A DNA stretch of 64,000 nt, taken from contig OZ286477.1 of the NCBI GenBank assembly GCA_965644265.1, forward strand, positions 51,770,001 to 51,834,000, in the 5' to 3' direction. Positions 8,569 through 17,247 of this stretch are shown in pieces. The translations under genes were made by a program, and so were the position numbers. The notes beneath the pieces are model-generated. The model was not told the DNA's origin. It worked only from the letters and a program-made list of their open reading frames with translations, and made no database searches. The DNA comes from Glycera tridactyla. Its lineage: Eukaryota. The first letter of the stretch is position 1; each line of letters starts with the position of its first letter.

Positions 8569-11013
8569 TTAATCTTCTGTAGTAATATCCAAGGAAGGTA
8601 TTGGGATGCTATCTATTGATTTCGCATACCTGTTCTTCGTGTATTCTACTAACAAATCCACATTTAGCAGTCTCGATAATGCTGGTATATTTACAGGAAA
8701 ATCGATTTCCTGCGACATTTGTCTGTCCATACATCCATGTATAATAGGTGACACTGACAATGTCCTTCCTTGTCCGTCTGTCAACGTAACCTGACATGCA
8801 CAATCCTGGTTGACCACACAAAATCTACATCCTTCCCTAACCATTAACGCTCTTGTTGGACAACCTATGGAAATGGTTTGAGCATTCATGACCAGCAACC
8901 TGCCTGGAGCCAATGAATGCACATCCATTATATCTTCGTCCATTTCCAGTCGATAGGAACAGTGTTTTGTGATCTTTTCGTTGTCCCCAAGATATAAGCT
9001 CATGGCGCACGTAGGGTGGTAGGTATCATGGATGGTGGTCATTTGTTTGCAATGCACCGTGTGTGATTTAGTACATTGGATGAAGTCCATTTCACTCATT
9101 TCCAAAAACCTAGTATTGTCTATGGATATACCAAAAATCTTGTTGGGGGCCACAGGCCTAGTGACCAAACTTGCATTTAATGTGGCAGGTACGCTGAAAG
9201 TGGTCAGCTTGAATAGTTTGAAACTCGCATCCGTTGAACGTAGAGGAACCGTGATATGTATTACCAGCTTGTTGTTTCTCCATGAGTATTCCGGCTTTGC
9301 ATATTTATAGTATGATGCTGGCCTCATATTCGCAACCCTAAACACAATAAATTCCTTCCTTACGTGCTCATCAAGGTCCACTAATGCCTTAAATAAGTTT
9401 TCCTCCGGTATTATTGTGGAAGATAGCTCATTTCGTAGTAAAGAACGTAGGCCGGTCATGAAATTGTTCATTTCCCTTTCTACGATTGTTAGGTCCTGTA
9501 GCAAGGTGGCTATCATTGAAACTGCGAATGATGTATATTGTACACTCGCATATAGCCTTTTATTGAGATTTTCTATGATCGTTGAAAATTTGGTGTCCAC
9601 GTGGTTAATAGCTTCTCCCATCTTTATGAGATGTTTGTTGTTGGTTTGTGCGAGTGCAACCGCTTGTTTTTGGAAAGTAATAACCTTGTCCGCCATATTG
9701 AACTGATTTTCTTCAATTGTTTTCAATGCTTTGTGTATGTGTTTGGCTTCGTCTTGGGTTACTACGCCAAATAGAGAATTCAGAATTTTTCCTCCAAAAT
9801 TGAACAATCCTCGTTCCTTCCTTCTCTTAGTATCATCCGGATTGTATTCTGTGGCCTTTACTTGCTCTATGATGATTCCCATTTCTCGTATGTCAGTTTC
9901 GGTTGTTTTCATAGCAAATACCACTGAGTCAATCAATTCAATGAAGTCCTTTTCGTCAGACGTGACTTCCGAAGTCTCTCTTCTTTGCCTTCTTCCTTGT
10001 CCTGGTTCCGAAGTCTTGATTCTATTGAGTTGATTTGCGTAGTATGTACGTAATTCATTTGCCATGGCTTGGAATCTATCTGTTAGGTAGTGAACATGAC
10101 CGCATATGTATGCTCCTTGTGATTCCCATTCTGAAGTACCTTTCGTTCCATGTCCTTTGCATTTGCCGTCGTACGCATGCCTTATGTTTCTCAGGCTTCT
10201 CTCAGCTTCTTCTAATGTAACATTCCATCTTCCCCTGATAACTTCAGCAGGCGTTATCCTAGGATCATAGGGGTTTGTAATATTTTCTAATTTGGCTAGG
10301 GCCGTCCCAGCTTCCCATATACCCCTCATAATAATATTGTCCTGTCTTGGAGTATCTTCGACGTATAGAGCTTCTTTTAATGTGTTTAAAGCTGCTTTCA
10401 GTGAAGTGATAGACCTTCCCATTTTTATTTTCTTCATCGTCGTAGATCTTTTCGTTCGGATTCGTGCATTCGCACCGTATTCCCATCGTGCGTTAGTCAT
10501 CATCTCATCTAGTAGATCCATGGATATGGCGGTTCTGGTCGCCTTGATTTCGTTCAAAATTCCTTTTAGATACATACATGTTTCGTTGTTTGTGTCTTCT
10601 TCAATGTTTTCACCTAGACATTGATGCCATTGAAGACACTCTCCATCCTGGTTTGTTGCACATTGAGTATGGTTGTTCACGTCTGTGAACATTGTGGGGA
10701 TGTTCACAATGAACATTAGGTTGAAGGTAGCTGTCGTAGGGATATAGTCACCCTCTATAGGTGAAAAATGAGCCCCATAGTTTAACCTTTCAACAGGATT
10801 CATTCCAGTTGAATCAGGAGAATCTTGGGTTTGGTCGACTTGTTGAGCATTTCCCATAGCTCCACACCATGAGAGTATCATAAGTAGCATCATCAAAGAG
10901 CAATCTTCTCCAATGATTCGTCTTTGATGCCGTCTCGGTTTAATCACCACTGCAACACATAAAGAGGGGATAGGGACCCATAAATTCCTGTGCCTAGGCC
11001 GACTTATTGACAA
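8569..11013 (-). CDS. env: Envelope glycoprotein ectodomain, class I F-type (errantivirus env / baculovirus F-like)
   Basis: Signal-like MMLLMILSWCGAMGNA, RLNYGAHF motif, basic cleavage site KRRKER followed by fusion peptide GLFNFGGKILNSLFG, a heptad-repeat region and a Cys-rich C-terminal domain. The ORF start at 11013 is TTG. Confidence 0.85.
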   Translation of the reverse strand: MSISRPRHRNLWVPIPSLCVAVVIKPRRHQRRIIGEDCSLMMLLMILSWCGAMGNAQQVDQTQDSPDSTGMNPVERLNYGAHFSPIEGDYIPTTATFNLMFIVNIPTMFTDVNNHTQCATNQDGECLQWHQCLGENIEEDTNNETCMYLKGILNEIKATRTAISMDLLDEMMTNARWEYGANARIRTKRSTTMKKIKMGRSITSLKAALNTLKEALYVEDTPRQDNIIMRGIWEAGTALAKLENITNPYDPRITPAEVIRGRWNVTLEEAERSLRNIRHAYDGKCKGHGTKGTSEWESQGAYICGHVHYLTDRFQAMANELRTYYANQLNRIKTSEPGQGRRQRRETSEVTSDEKDFIELIDSVVFAMKTTETDIREMGIIIEQVKATEYNPDDTKRRKERGLFNFGGKILNSLFGVVTQDEAKHIHKALKTIEENQFNMADKVITFQKQAVALAQTNNKHLIKMGEAINHVDTKFSTIIENLNKRLYASVQYTSFAVSMIATLLQDLTIVEREMNNFMTGLRSLLRNELSSTIIPEENLFKALVDLDEHVRKEFIVFRVANMRPASYYKYAKPEYSWRNNKLVIHITVPLRSTDASFKLFKLTTFSVPATLNASLVTRPVAPNKIFGISIDNTRFLEMSEMDFIQCTKSHTVHCKQMTTIHDTYHPTCAMSLYLGDNEKITKHCSYRLEMDEDIMDVHSLAPGRLLVMNAQTISIGCPTRALMVREGCRFCVVNQDCACQVTLTDGQGRTLSVSPIIHGCMDRQMSQEIDFPVNIPALSRLLNVDLLVEYTKNRYAKSIDSIPIPSLDITTED
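10950..10975 (-). promoter_or_regulatory. Putative env splice acceptor
   Basis: - strand CCCTATCCCCTCTTTATGTGTTGCAG|TGGTG, a pyrimidine tract plus TTGCAG, upstream of the env signal peptide. Confidence 0.6.
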
Positions 11014-11549
11014 TATAATGTATATTATAATTGTCTAGAACCTTTCTAATAGACTGTGATGTAGTGTAGGGCGTTGTCATACAACAAGGATAATCATAAA
11101 ATTTTTATATAAATTCATGATTTCTACTGTGTGTTTTGGATCCGTTTCAATTGAATGTCGGCCTAATGCGGCATTTTTACAGGTTCCCTATTTCTCCCTA
11201 TTTATCATAGGCGTTTGCCTTTCTTCTTTGCTCATTGTGTTTACTGTCTCTTTTGGTGGCAACCGCTCCGGCTGACCAATACCTTTCGCGCGTCCGCGTT
11301 TCTTCACGTTTGGTGAATCCACACCTTGACTTGTATATTTTCTGATACTCTCTCGTAATTCCCTGAGCTCCATTTGCTCGAAGCTGCTCCATCATTTGTT
11401 AATATGGGGAGGTATGAGGTTACCTCCCTCTTATCCCGCCTCTTGGGCTCCCATGGGACCTTCAGGCTCACTCTGGGCTTGCTCACCCCTTTACCCCTGA
11501 TTTTCATCAGTTGTAAATCTTACTTCGAAGAGGCAACATCTATTTCACC

Positions 11550-11936
11550 ATGTCTTCCCAAAACATCGTAGTAGCTTGCATTAGCCAGTTCTGCTCCAAC
11601 GGGATTGTTGGAGTTCATTATGACGAGGAGCGAAGGGAGCTCCGTATCTATAGTGGTCGAGTTTCCACAAGTTATGACGACCACATTCTAGACGAAATTC
11701 GAAATTTCATCAGAACAAGGGAGATAGTGGGGTACTACTTTGATCAGGAACAATGTCGTGCCTCTCTTATCGTCAGGTTCAATGGTGGCATTGTCCTTAA
11801 CAATGCCAGAGCCGGTGCCTATAGGCACAACGATGGGTGCTCCAATTCTTCTGAGGGGCACGAACATGAGCCTGATAGCCATGACCCAGAAACTCCCCTT
11901 GTTTCGAATCAGAATCCCAGAAGGGTTCCTGTTTGA
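11550..11936 (+). CDS. Antisense accessory ORF (128 aa) between pol and env, unknown function
   Basis: caccATGt start; it is the first ATG after an acceptor-like CCCCTGATTTTCATCAG (AG 11509-11510). Globular-looking N-terminal ~85 aa; does not overlap pol or env. Confidence 0.5.
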   Translation: MSSQNIVVACISQFCSNGIVGVHYDEERRELRIYSGRVSTSYDDHILDEIRNFIRTREIVGYYFDQEQCRASLIVRFNGGIVLNNARAGAYRHNDGCSNSSEGHEHEPDSHDPETPLVSNQNPRRVPV

Positions 11937-12070
11937 ATGTGGCCGAATTTCGTTCACAGAAACTCAGCACCACGTATAGTGGTGCGTCCCAACAACTTGT
12001 CCCGTTCTGAGGGACGCAACATCGTTGGTCGAGAGGTAAGTGTCCTTTTTATATTCCCTTTTTGTCTTTA

Positions 12071-15000
12071 TTATCGTGCTTTCAGCTCCTTCAGCATCTT
12101 CCTCTTCTCTACACGAGCATTGTAGTCTCTTATGTGTTCTATTGGTACGATATCCGCCCGTAGCCATGTAGGCTTCTTGTCGCGCCACTCGCACATGTAT
12201 GAAACCTTTCCATTCTTCGTTGTGGACGTTATGACTTTTACTAGTTTCGACATGTCTTGTTTGTTCGTCTTACCGCTATTCTTTGGTTTGAAGCTGATTT
12301 CTGGATCAGTACTGACTGTATCTGTGTTTGACCTATTGTTTCTTTGCGCATGTTCTTTATTTACAAATGTTCTGTCTCGCTTTCGTCGCCTGGTTACAGG
12401 CGGTATGTTCGGAAGGGTAGAAGTTTCAGATTTCACACTTTCTTTGTCTTTTTCTCTTTGTGATTCTGCATTTTTCTCTCTTTCTTCTGTATTTTGCGTA
12501 TTTCCAATTGTCCGCTCCGGATTTGCATTCTGTCCGTCCTTCTCGGTCCTTTCGGTCCCTCTTAGGGTAGAATCAGCCTCCGGTGTGAATTTCTTTAACC
12601 TATTTTCTGGTATCAAGTGTTTGAGGGTGTGGTTATTGATACGTAGTAGGTGGAAACCTGGCTTCGGAGTTGAGACTATGATGAAAGGCCCCTCGTATTT
12701 CTGGCTAACTTTGTATTGAGAGGGAATCCTAGGGGTTACTATTTTTGCCCAAACCATATCTCCTGGTTTGAAACCTTTGTATGTAACCTTCTTGGATGTG
12801 TCGTGGCGCATTTTCATGTTTTCCGCATTTTTCCTGGCATTTCTGGCTGCTATGTGTCGTATAGCCATTAAATCAGACCATAATGAAGGGAAAACTTCCT
12901 GTGGTGGGACATCTCGAATTAATGGAGGTTCTTTCGTTATGTCACCGGAGAGAGTTGGTTCCAAACCATACATGATTTCGTAGGGCGCAAATCCGTGAGA
13001 CTTGATAGAGATGTCATGAGACCAACGAACATGAGGCAAAAATTCAGTCCATGATTTTTCAGGAAATTCCATCATACATGCTCGTAGTGAGCAAAGAATA
13101 CTAGAATGTAGTCGTTCTACTGCTGCATTGGCTTGAGGGTGCCAGGAGGTAATATACTGTAGTTTGATACTAAATTGTTCTGCCAAGTATTGGAAGGTTT
13201 TAGACGTGTGAGCTGCTGCTCTGTCTAATACGACCACCTTCGGAGGTCCAAATCGTTGAATCCACATTTTCATAAAATATGTAGCCAGGGTTTCAGCCTT
13301 TTCATTTGGAATAGTTTCAATCTCAAAGTGTTTTGAAAATCTGTCTACGATAACAAGTACTTTCAGGTTCTTATCTTTCGTTGGTGCAACCTTCAAGACA
13401 TCCATGTGTATCACTTCAAATAATGAAGCTGGTGGTCTTAATAAAAGGGGTGTCCTCTTATTATTGTAGTCCCTTTTAGCTTGACCGCAGGCTTTACAGC
13501 TAGCCACAAATTTAGCTAAGTCTTCGTACATCCCTGGCCAGTAGAATCGTTGCCGAACGATTTGTAGTAGACTGTTGAAACCTCTGTGAGATCCATGTGT
13601 TCCATGGTGGAAGAGTGCTGCTATTGCATACCTTCTATCATGTGGTAAGTATATTTGGTGAAATGTCTTATTGTTCGTATTGTCGTGGAATTTTCGGCAT
13701 AAAACTCCGGAATTCGTAAGCAAATATTTGTCCTCCTCTGCCATGATTTTTCTTGCATGAGCCAGAGTCTCTGGCAGAGATTTATTCAATTTGTATTGAT
13801 ATAGGAATGCCGAGTCTCTGTCATTGGCTTGTTCCAGTGCCATTTTTCTTTCGTCTATCATATATTCTGTATACAACTCGATGCAAGCGGTTTCATCCAG
13901 TAGTAAGGCTTCCTCGTATGAAATATCATCTGAATCCTCCAGGCCCAGTTGTTTTTCTTCTTTGTCGTATGGTGAATCACCCTCACTGTCGGCTATGTGT
14001 TCGATATCCGTCTCGGACATAACGTTCCCATCAGCGTCTTTCCCGCTGCTGGTACACGATTCTTCCGCGTGGCGGCGAGCGTCTCGCTGGGGGCCGGTTT
14101 TGGCGGGAAAGGTGGGCGTGGCACTTTTCTCTCTTTGACCATGCTGTTTATCCGTTGTGTCGAACATATTGAATCGCCGCTCTCTTGCTTCACACTCAGA
14201 TGAATCTATTTCATTGCTGGGCTTGTATGGCTTTGTCCTGATTCCCATTAAACACTCCTTCTTCGTTATTGGTGATTCCAAGAATTCTGTAGTATTGATA
14301 AGACAATGGTTGTCACCTTCTTCATCCATTGATAACATGGGTTGTTCCACGTAGGTTATTCTAGATAAGGTGTCAGCTACAACATTTTCTTTGCCTGGTT
14401 TGTGCAGTACACGGATATTGAATTTATTCAAAAACATTTTATAACGAAAGAGCCTGCCGGTTTTAGTGGCCAGATTGTGTAAATATACGTTTGTCAAATT
14501 ATCAGAAAATACTGTTATATCTGTTTGAGAGCCCAACATTAATTCACATTGTTTCAATGATTCTACGAGTGCTAGGGCTTCCTTTTCATTCGAATGGTAA
14601 TTTGCTTGTGATGGATTTAATGTCTTCGATATAAATGCTACAGGTCTGACTATATTTTCTTCATCTTCCTGCGATATAACTGCGCCTACTGCCCTACCGC
14701 TAGCATCTAGGTATACTGTAAATGGCTTGGCAGGGTCAGGATAGTATAATACCGCATTTTGCAGAAGGGAGGTTTTTATACTGTCTAATGCTTCCTGGCA
14801 TTCCTCGGTCCAGATAAATTCATGATCTTTCTGTAGGAGTTTGTTTATTGGTGCAGCTATGGCCGCATATCCTCTCACAAATCTACGATAAAAGTTGAGC
14901 GTACCCATCAACTGTCTGACTTCTTTGACATTATTAGGGGCTGGGAGCTTTATTAACGCTCCTAATTTGTTAGGATCGGCCTTTACCCCATCTTTGTTGA

Positions 15001-16192
15001 AAATATATCCCAGATATTTAACCTCGGATTTCATAAACATGGCCTTTGATGGCGATATTCGTAGTCCCACTTGTCTAAGTCTCCACAGAAGTTGACTCAT
15101 AACTTCTAAATGTTTTTCATATGTAGGGGTTGTAACAATAATATCGTCCATATATGATGTGACGTATTTTGAGTCCAAAGTAGCTAAACACCTAGAAATG
15201 ATGCTAGAAAATATTTCTGGGCTTGAATTTAGGCCCATAGGTGTCTTCGTAAAGGTGTATTTTGCATTGCTAGTATTTATCGTACAGATATCAATACTGT
15301 CTGGTGCCAATTGAACTGCATAGAATGCTGAAGCCAGATCGACTACGGAGAAGACCTTGTTTTTCCCTGCCGCTAAAGTGGCTATGATATCGTTAATTGT
15401 TGGTATTGGTGATTTTGAGGGTACTATCATTTTGTTCAAATTGGAAAAATCAACCACTAATCTGGGTTTGATGGGTTTACCATCATCATACTTGTATACT
15501 ACGAAGGTGGGTACACCCCACATAGAATGTGATGGTTTCAATATTCCTGCCTCTACTAACCTTTGAATTTGTTCATCTAAGTCTTTCTCTTGCTGTGGAG
15601 GTAACTTGTATGCTCTCTGATTCACAACAGTTGCTTCTGGCTTTAGTTCTATCCTATGATATACATCTCTTATGACTGCCAACTCGCTCAGGTCTACGGC
15701 AAATGCCTCTCTATTATTATCTAGAATAGATAATAATTCTTCTCTATACTCGTCAGCCGCAGGTTCCAACGATAATATATCGTCCCAAACGATAGGTTTG
15801 AAAGTTCGAATCCTAGTCTGGTTCGAGATGTCTACTTCTGTTTGAGTTGATATTTCTCTACTGTTATCGTTTTCTTCCTCCACAACGAAAGGGGCAGAAT
15901 AGTCCTGCCGTGGCCATAATACTTGTAATGAGTTTATTTGTTCACCGCTACATGGAAGTGGCGCTGATGGTCTCGCTAATGCGGACCGTTCGCCTACGTA
16001 TACAGAACCTGGCATTCCTCTCTCATTAGATATAGGTCTGGCCAAGTGGGCTTGCGCAATGGTAATCTGCGCATCTGAATCTATATATACGTTCTTTGAA
16101 GTTGGATTCGAAACAATATCAGGAATGTATTCTTCTGGCTTCTGAAGGCAATCCCCGGAACCGTCGATAGTTGTGGGGTATTCTTGACTATT
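12071..16192 (-). CDS. pol: Pol: reverse transcriptase, RNase H, integrase, chromodomain-like C-terminus
   Basis: RLVVDFSNLN, VDLASAF, YMDD (15143-15154); RNase H YLDAS...EKEALA...FSDN; HHCC, D-D-E and KYEGPF in integrase; C-terminal VKVI...GKVSYMCEWRDKKPTW (12122-12247). Frame is open from 16192. Confidence 0.95.
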   Translation of the reverse strand, partial: NSQEYPTTIDGSGDCLQKPEEYIPDIVSNPTSKNVYIDSDAQITIAQAHLARPISNERGMPGSVYVGERSALARPSAPLPCSGEQINSLQVLWPRQDYSAPFVVEEENDNSREISTQTEVDISNQTRIRTFKPIVWDDILSLEPAADEYREELLSILDNNREAFAVDLSELAVIRDVYHRIELKPEATVVNQRAYKLPPQQEKDLDEQIQRLVEAGILKPSHSMWGVPTFVVYKYDDGKPIKPRLVVDFSNLNKMIVPSKSPIPTINDIIATLAAGKNKVFSVVDLASAFYAVQLAPDSIDICTINTSNAKYTFTKTPMGLNSSPEIFSSIISRCLATLDSKYVTSYMDDIIVTTPTYEKHLEVMSQLLWRLRQVGLRISPSKAMFMKSEVKYLGYIFNKDGVKADPNKLGALIKLPAPNNVKEVRQLMGTLNFYRRFVRGYAAIAAPINKLLQKDHEFIWTEECQEALDSIKTSLLQNAVLYYPDPAKPFTVYLDASGRAVGAVISQEDEENIVRPVAFISKTLNPSQANYHSNEKEALALVESLKQCELMLGSQTDITVFSDNLTNVYLHNLATKTGRLFRYKMFLNKFNIRVLHKPGKENVVADTLSRITYVEQPMLSMDEEGDNHCLINTTEFLESPITKKECLMGIRTKPYKPSNEIDSSECEARERRFNMFDTTDKQHGQREKSATPTFPAKTGPQRDARRHAEESCTSSGKDADGNVMSETDIEHIADSEGDSPYDKEEKQLGLEDSDDISYEEALLLDETACIELYTEYMIDERKMALEQANDRDSAFLYQYKLNKSLPETLAHARKIMAEEDKYLLTNSGVLCRKFHDNTNNKTFHQIYLPHDRRYAIAALFHHGTHGSHRGFNSLLQIVRQRFYWPGMYEDLAKFVASCKACGQAKRDYNNKRTPLLLRPPASLFEVIHMDVLKVAPTKDKNLKVLVIVDRFSKHFEIETIPNEKAETLATYFMKMWIQRFGPPKVVVLDRAAAHTSKTFQYLAEQFSIKLQYITSWHPQANAAVERLHSSILCSLRACMMEFPEKSWTEFLPHVRWSHDISIKSHGFAPYEIMYGLEPTLSGDITKEPPLIRDVPPQEVFPSLWSDLMAIRHIAARNARKNAENMKMRHDTSKKVTYKGFKPGDMVWAKIVTPRIPSQYKVSQKYEGPFIIVSTPKPGFHLLRINNHTLKHLIPENRLKKFTPEADSTLRGTERTEKDGQNANPERTIGNTQNTEEREKNAESQREKDKESVKSETSTLPNIPPVTRRRKRDRTFVNKEHAQRNNRSNTDTVSTDPEISFKPKNSGKTNKQDMSKLVKVITSTTKNGKVSYMCEWRDKKPTWLRADIVPIEHIRDYNARVEKRKMLKELKAR

Positions 16193-17004
16193 TCATATGA
16201 AATATCTAAGGAATCTGGTTCTTTCATGTAATTTGGGGTTATTGTATTCTCACTGTCAGCAGTCATATCGATATGGCAAGAGATCATTGCGGTCTCCATA
16301 GGTTTCATAATCGTGGAATCTGAAGCTTTCAATATATATGAGCATTCCCTTATAGTTGTCATCAATACGCTGGTGATACCTCCTTCTAAATGCAATCTGC
16401 TCTCTGAATAGTCAATTTTCGCCTTTGTTTGCTGGAGAAATGGTACACCTAGGATGACTTGTAAGGGTATGGCTTCCACTACGAGGAATCTGACTAATAT
16501 TTCCTTACTATTAATAGTTATGGGAATACTCACTGATCCTATCACTTTCATTTTCTGTGCCTGCGCATCGTATAGTTCTACCTCGTGTTTCGTATCTATT
16601 TCTCTCCTCAAATCTAACTGTTTCAGAATGTCTTCTGTGATAAGATTAGTTGTAGCCCCTGTATCTATCATAGCCGCTATTTGTGTATGTTTGATATATA
16701 TTTTAATAGAGTTAAGTGTACCCAACTTCTGACGTATTCGATTCCTATCACCTGTAGAGAGCGTCAATGATGAATTAACCGTTTCTCTTTTTGTTATGTT
16801 TTCATCATGTATTCCTCTGACACTATACACATGCCTACTACTGTTTTCTACATTACTGCCACTACTAATATTTTTCTTATAAAATTTCACTACAAATTCT
16901 AACAGATCGCAATGATCAGGGAGCGTATGCTCACAATCTATCCCTAATGGACAATCTACCCAGTTAAATGCACTCGTGACCCTATTTACGACATGCCCTC
17001 TATC
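16081..17004 (-). CDS. pro: Aspartic protease segment (same frame as gag, after TAG) with the start of a dUTPase-like relic
   Basis: AMIDTGAT (DTGA 16654-16665) and VILGVPFL. The frame opens directly after the TAG at 17005-17007 and overlaps the pol frame (-1) at 16084-16192. Confidence 0.9.
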   Translation of the reverse strand, partial: DRGHVVNRVTSAFNWVDCPLGIDCEHTLPDHCDLLEFVVKFYKKNISSGSNVENSSRHVYSVRGIHDENITKRETVNSSLTLSTGDRNRIRQKLGTLNSIKIYIKHTQIAAMIDTGATTNLITEDILKQLDLRREIDTKHEVELYDAQAQKMKVIGSVSIPITINSKEILVRFLVVEAIPLQVILGVPFLQQTKAKIDYSESRLHLEGGITSVLMTTIRECSYILKASDSTIMKPMETAMISCHIDMTADSENTITPNYMKEPDSLDISYEIVKNTPQLSTVPGIAFRSQKNTFLILFRIQLQRTYI

Positions 17005-17247
17005 CTAGTGAGAAAAAGGGTTTTTTGACCCTGCATTTCCTGTCGGCCTTGGTCCCTGGGGAGTGTAACCCTGGGAATAGCCTTGGGAATATCCTTGAGA
17101 ATATCCCTGCTGATTTTGCCCATTATATTGTTGGCCTTGAGAATTAAATTGTCCCATGGTCTGGGTCTCTCTTACTCTATTAATGGCTTGAGCCATAAAT
17201 CCGTCATGATGCTGAGGATTAGTAATGTTGACATACGCCTTCATTAC
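17005..17247 (-). CDS. Gag C-terminal Q/G/Y/N-rich tail, in frame after TAA
   Basis: TTC TAA GTA ATG keeps the gag frame; contains (QGYS)3 repeats and ends GSKNPFSH-TAG. Confidence 0.6.
   Translation of the reverse strand, partial: VMKAYVNITNPQHHDGFMAQAINRVRETQTMGQFNSQGQQYNGQNQQGYSQGYSQGYSQGYTPQGPRPTGNAGSKNPFSH

Noticed and set aside
12066-12073. AATAAA overlapping the pol stop (and the env stop at 8153-8158)
   Set aside because: TAA in A-rich context produces this often, and there is no downstream evidence.
12132-12719. 195-aa hydrophobic + strand ORF and similar shadows (8241-8572, 10292-10624, 11183-11273)
   Set aside because: Antisense to purine-rich K/E/R coding sequence, which automatically reads as F/L/S-rich.
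17020-17026. A AAA AAC (and adjacent C CCT TTT) slippery heptamer at the gag end
   Set aside because: In this sequence the -1 frame hits TAG a few codons later, and protease lies in frame 0, so it cannot yield Gag-Pol as written.
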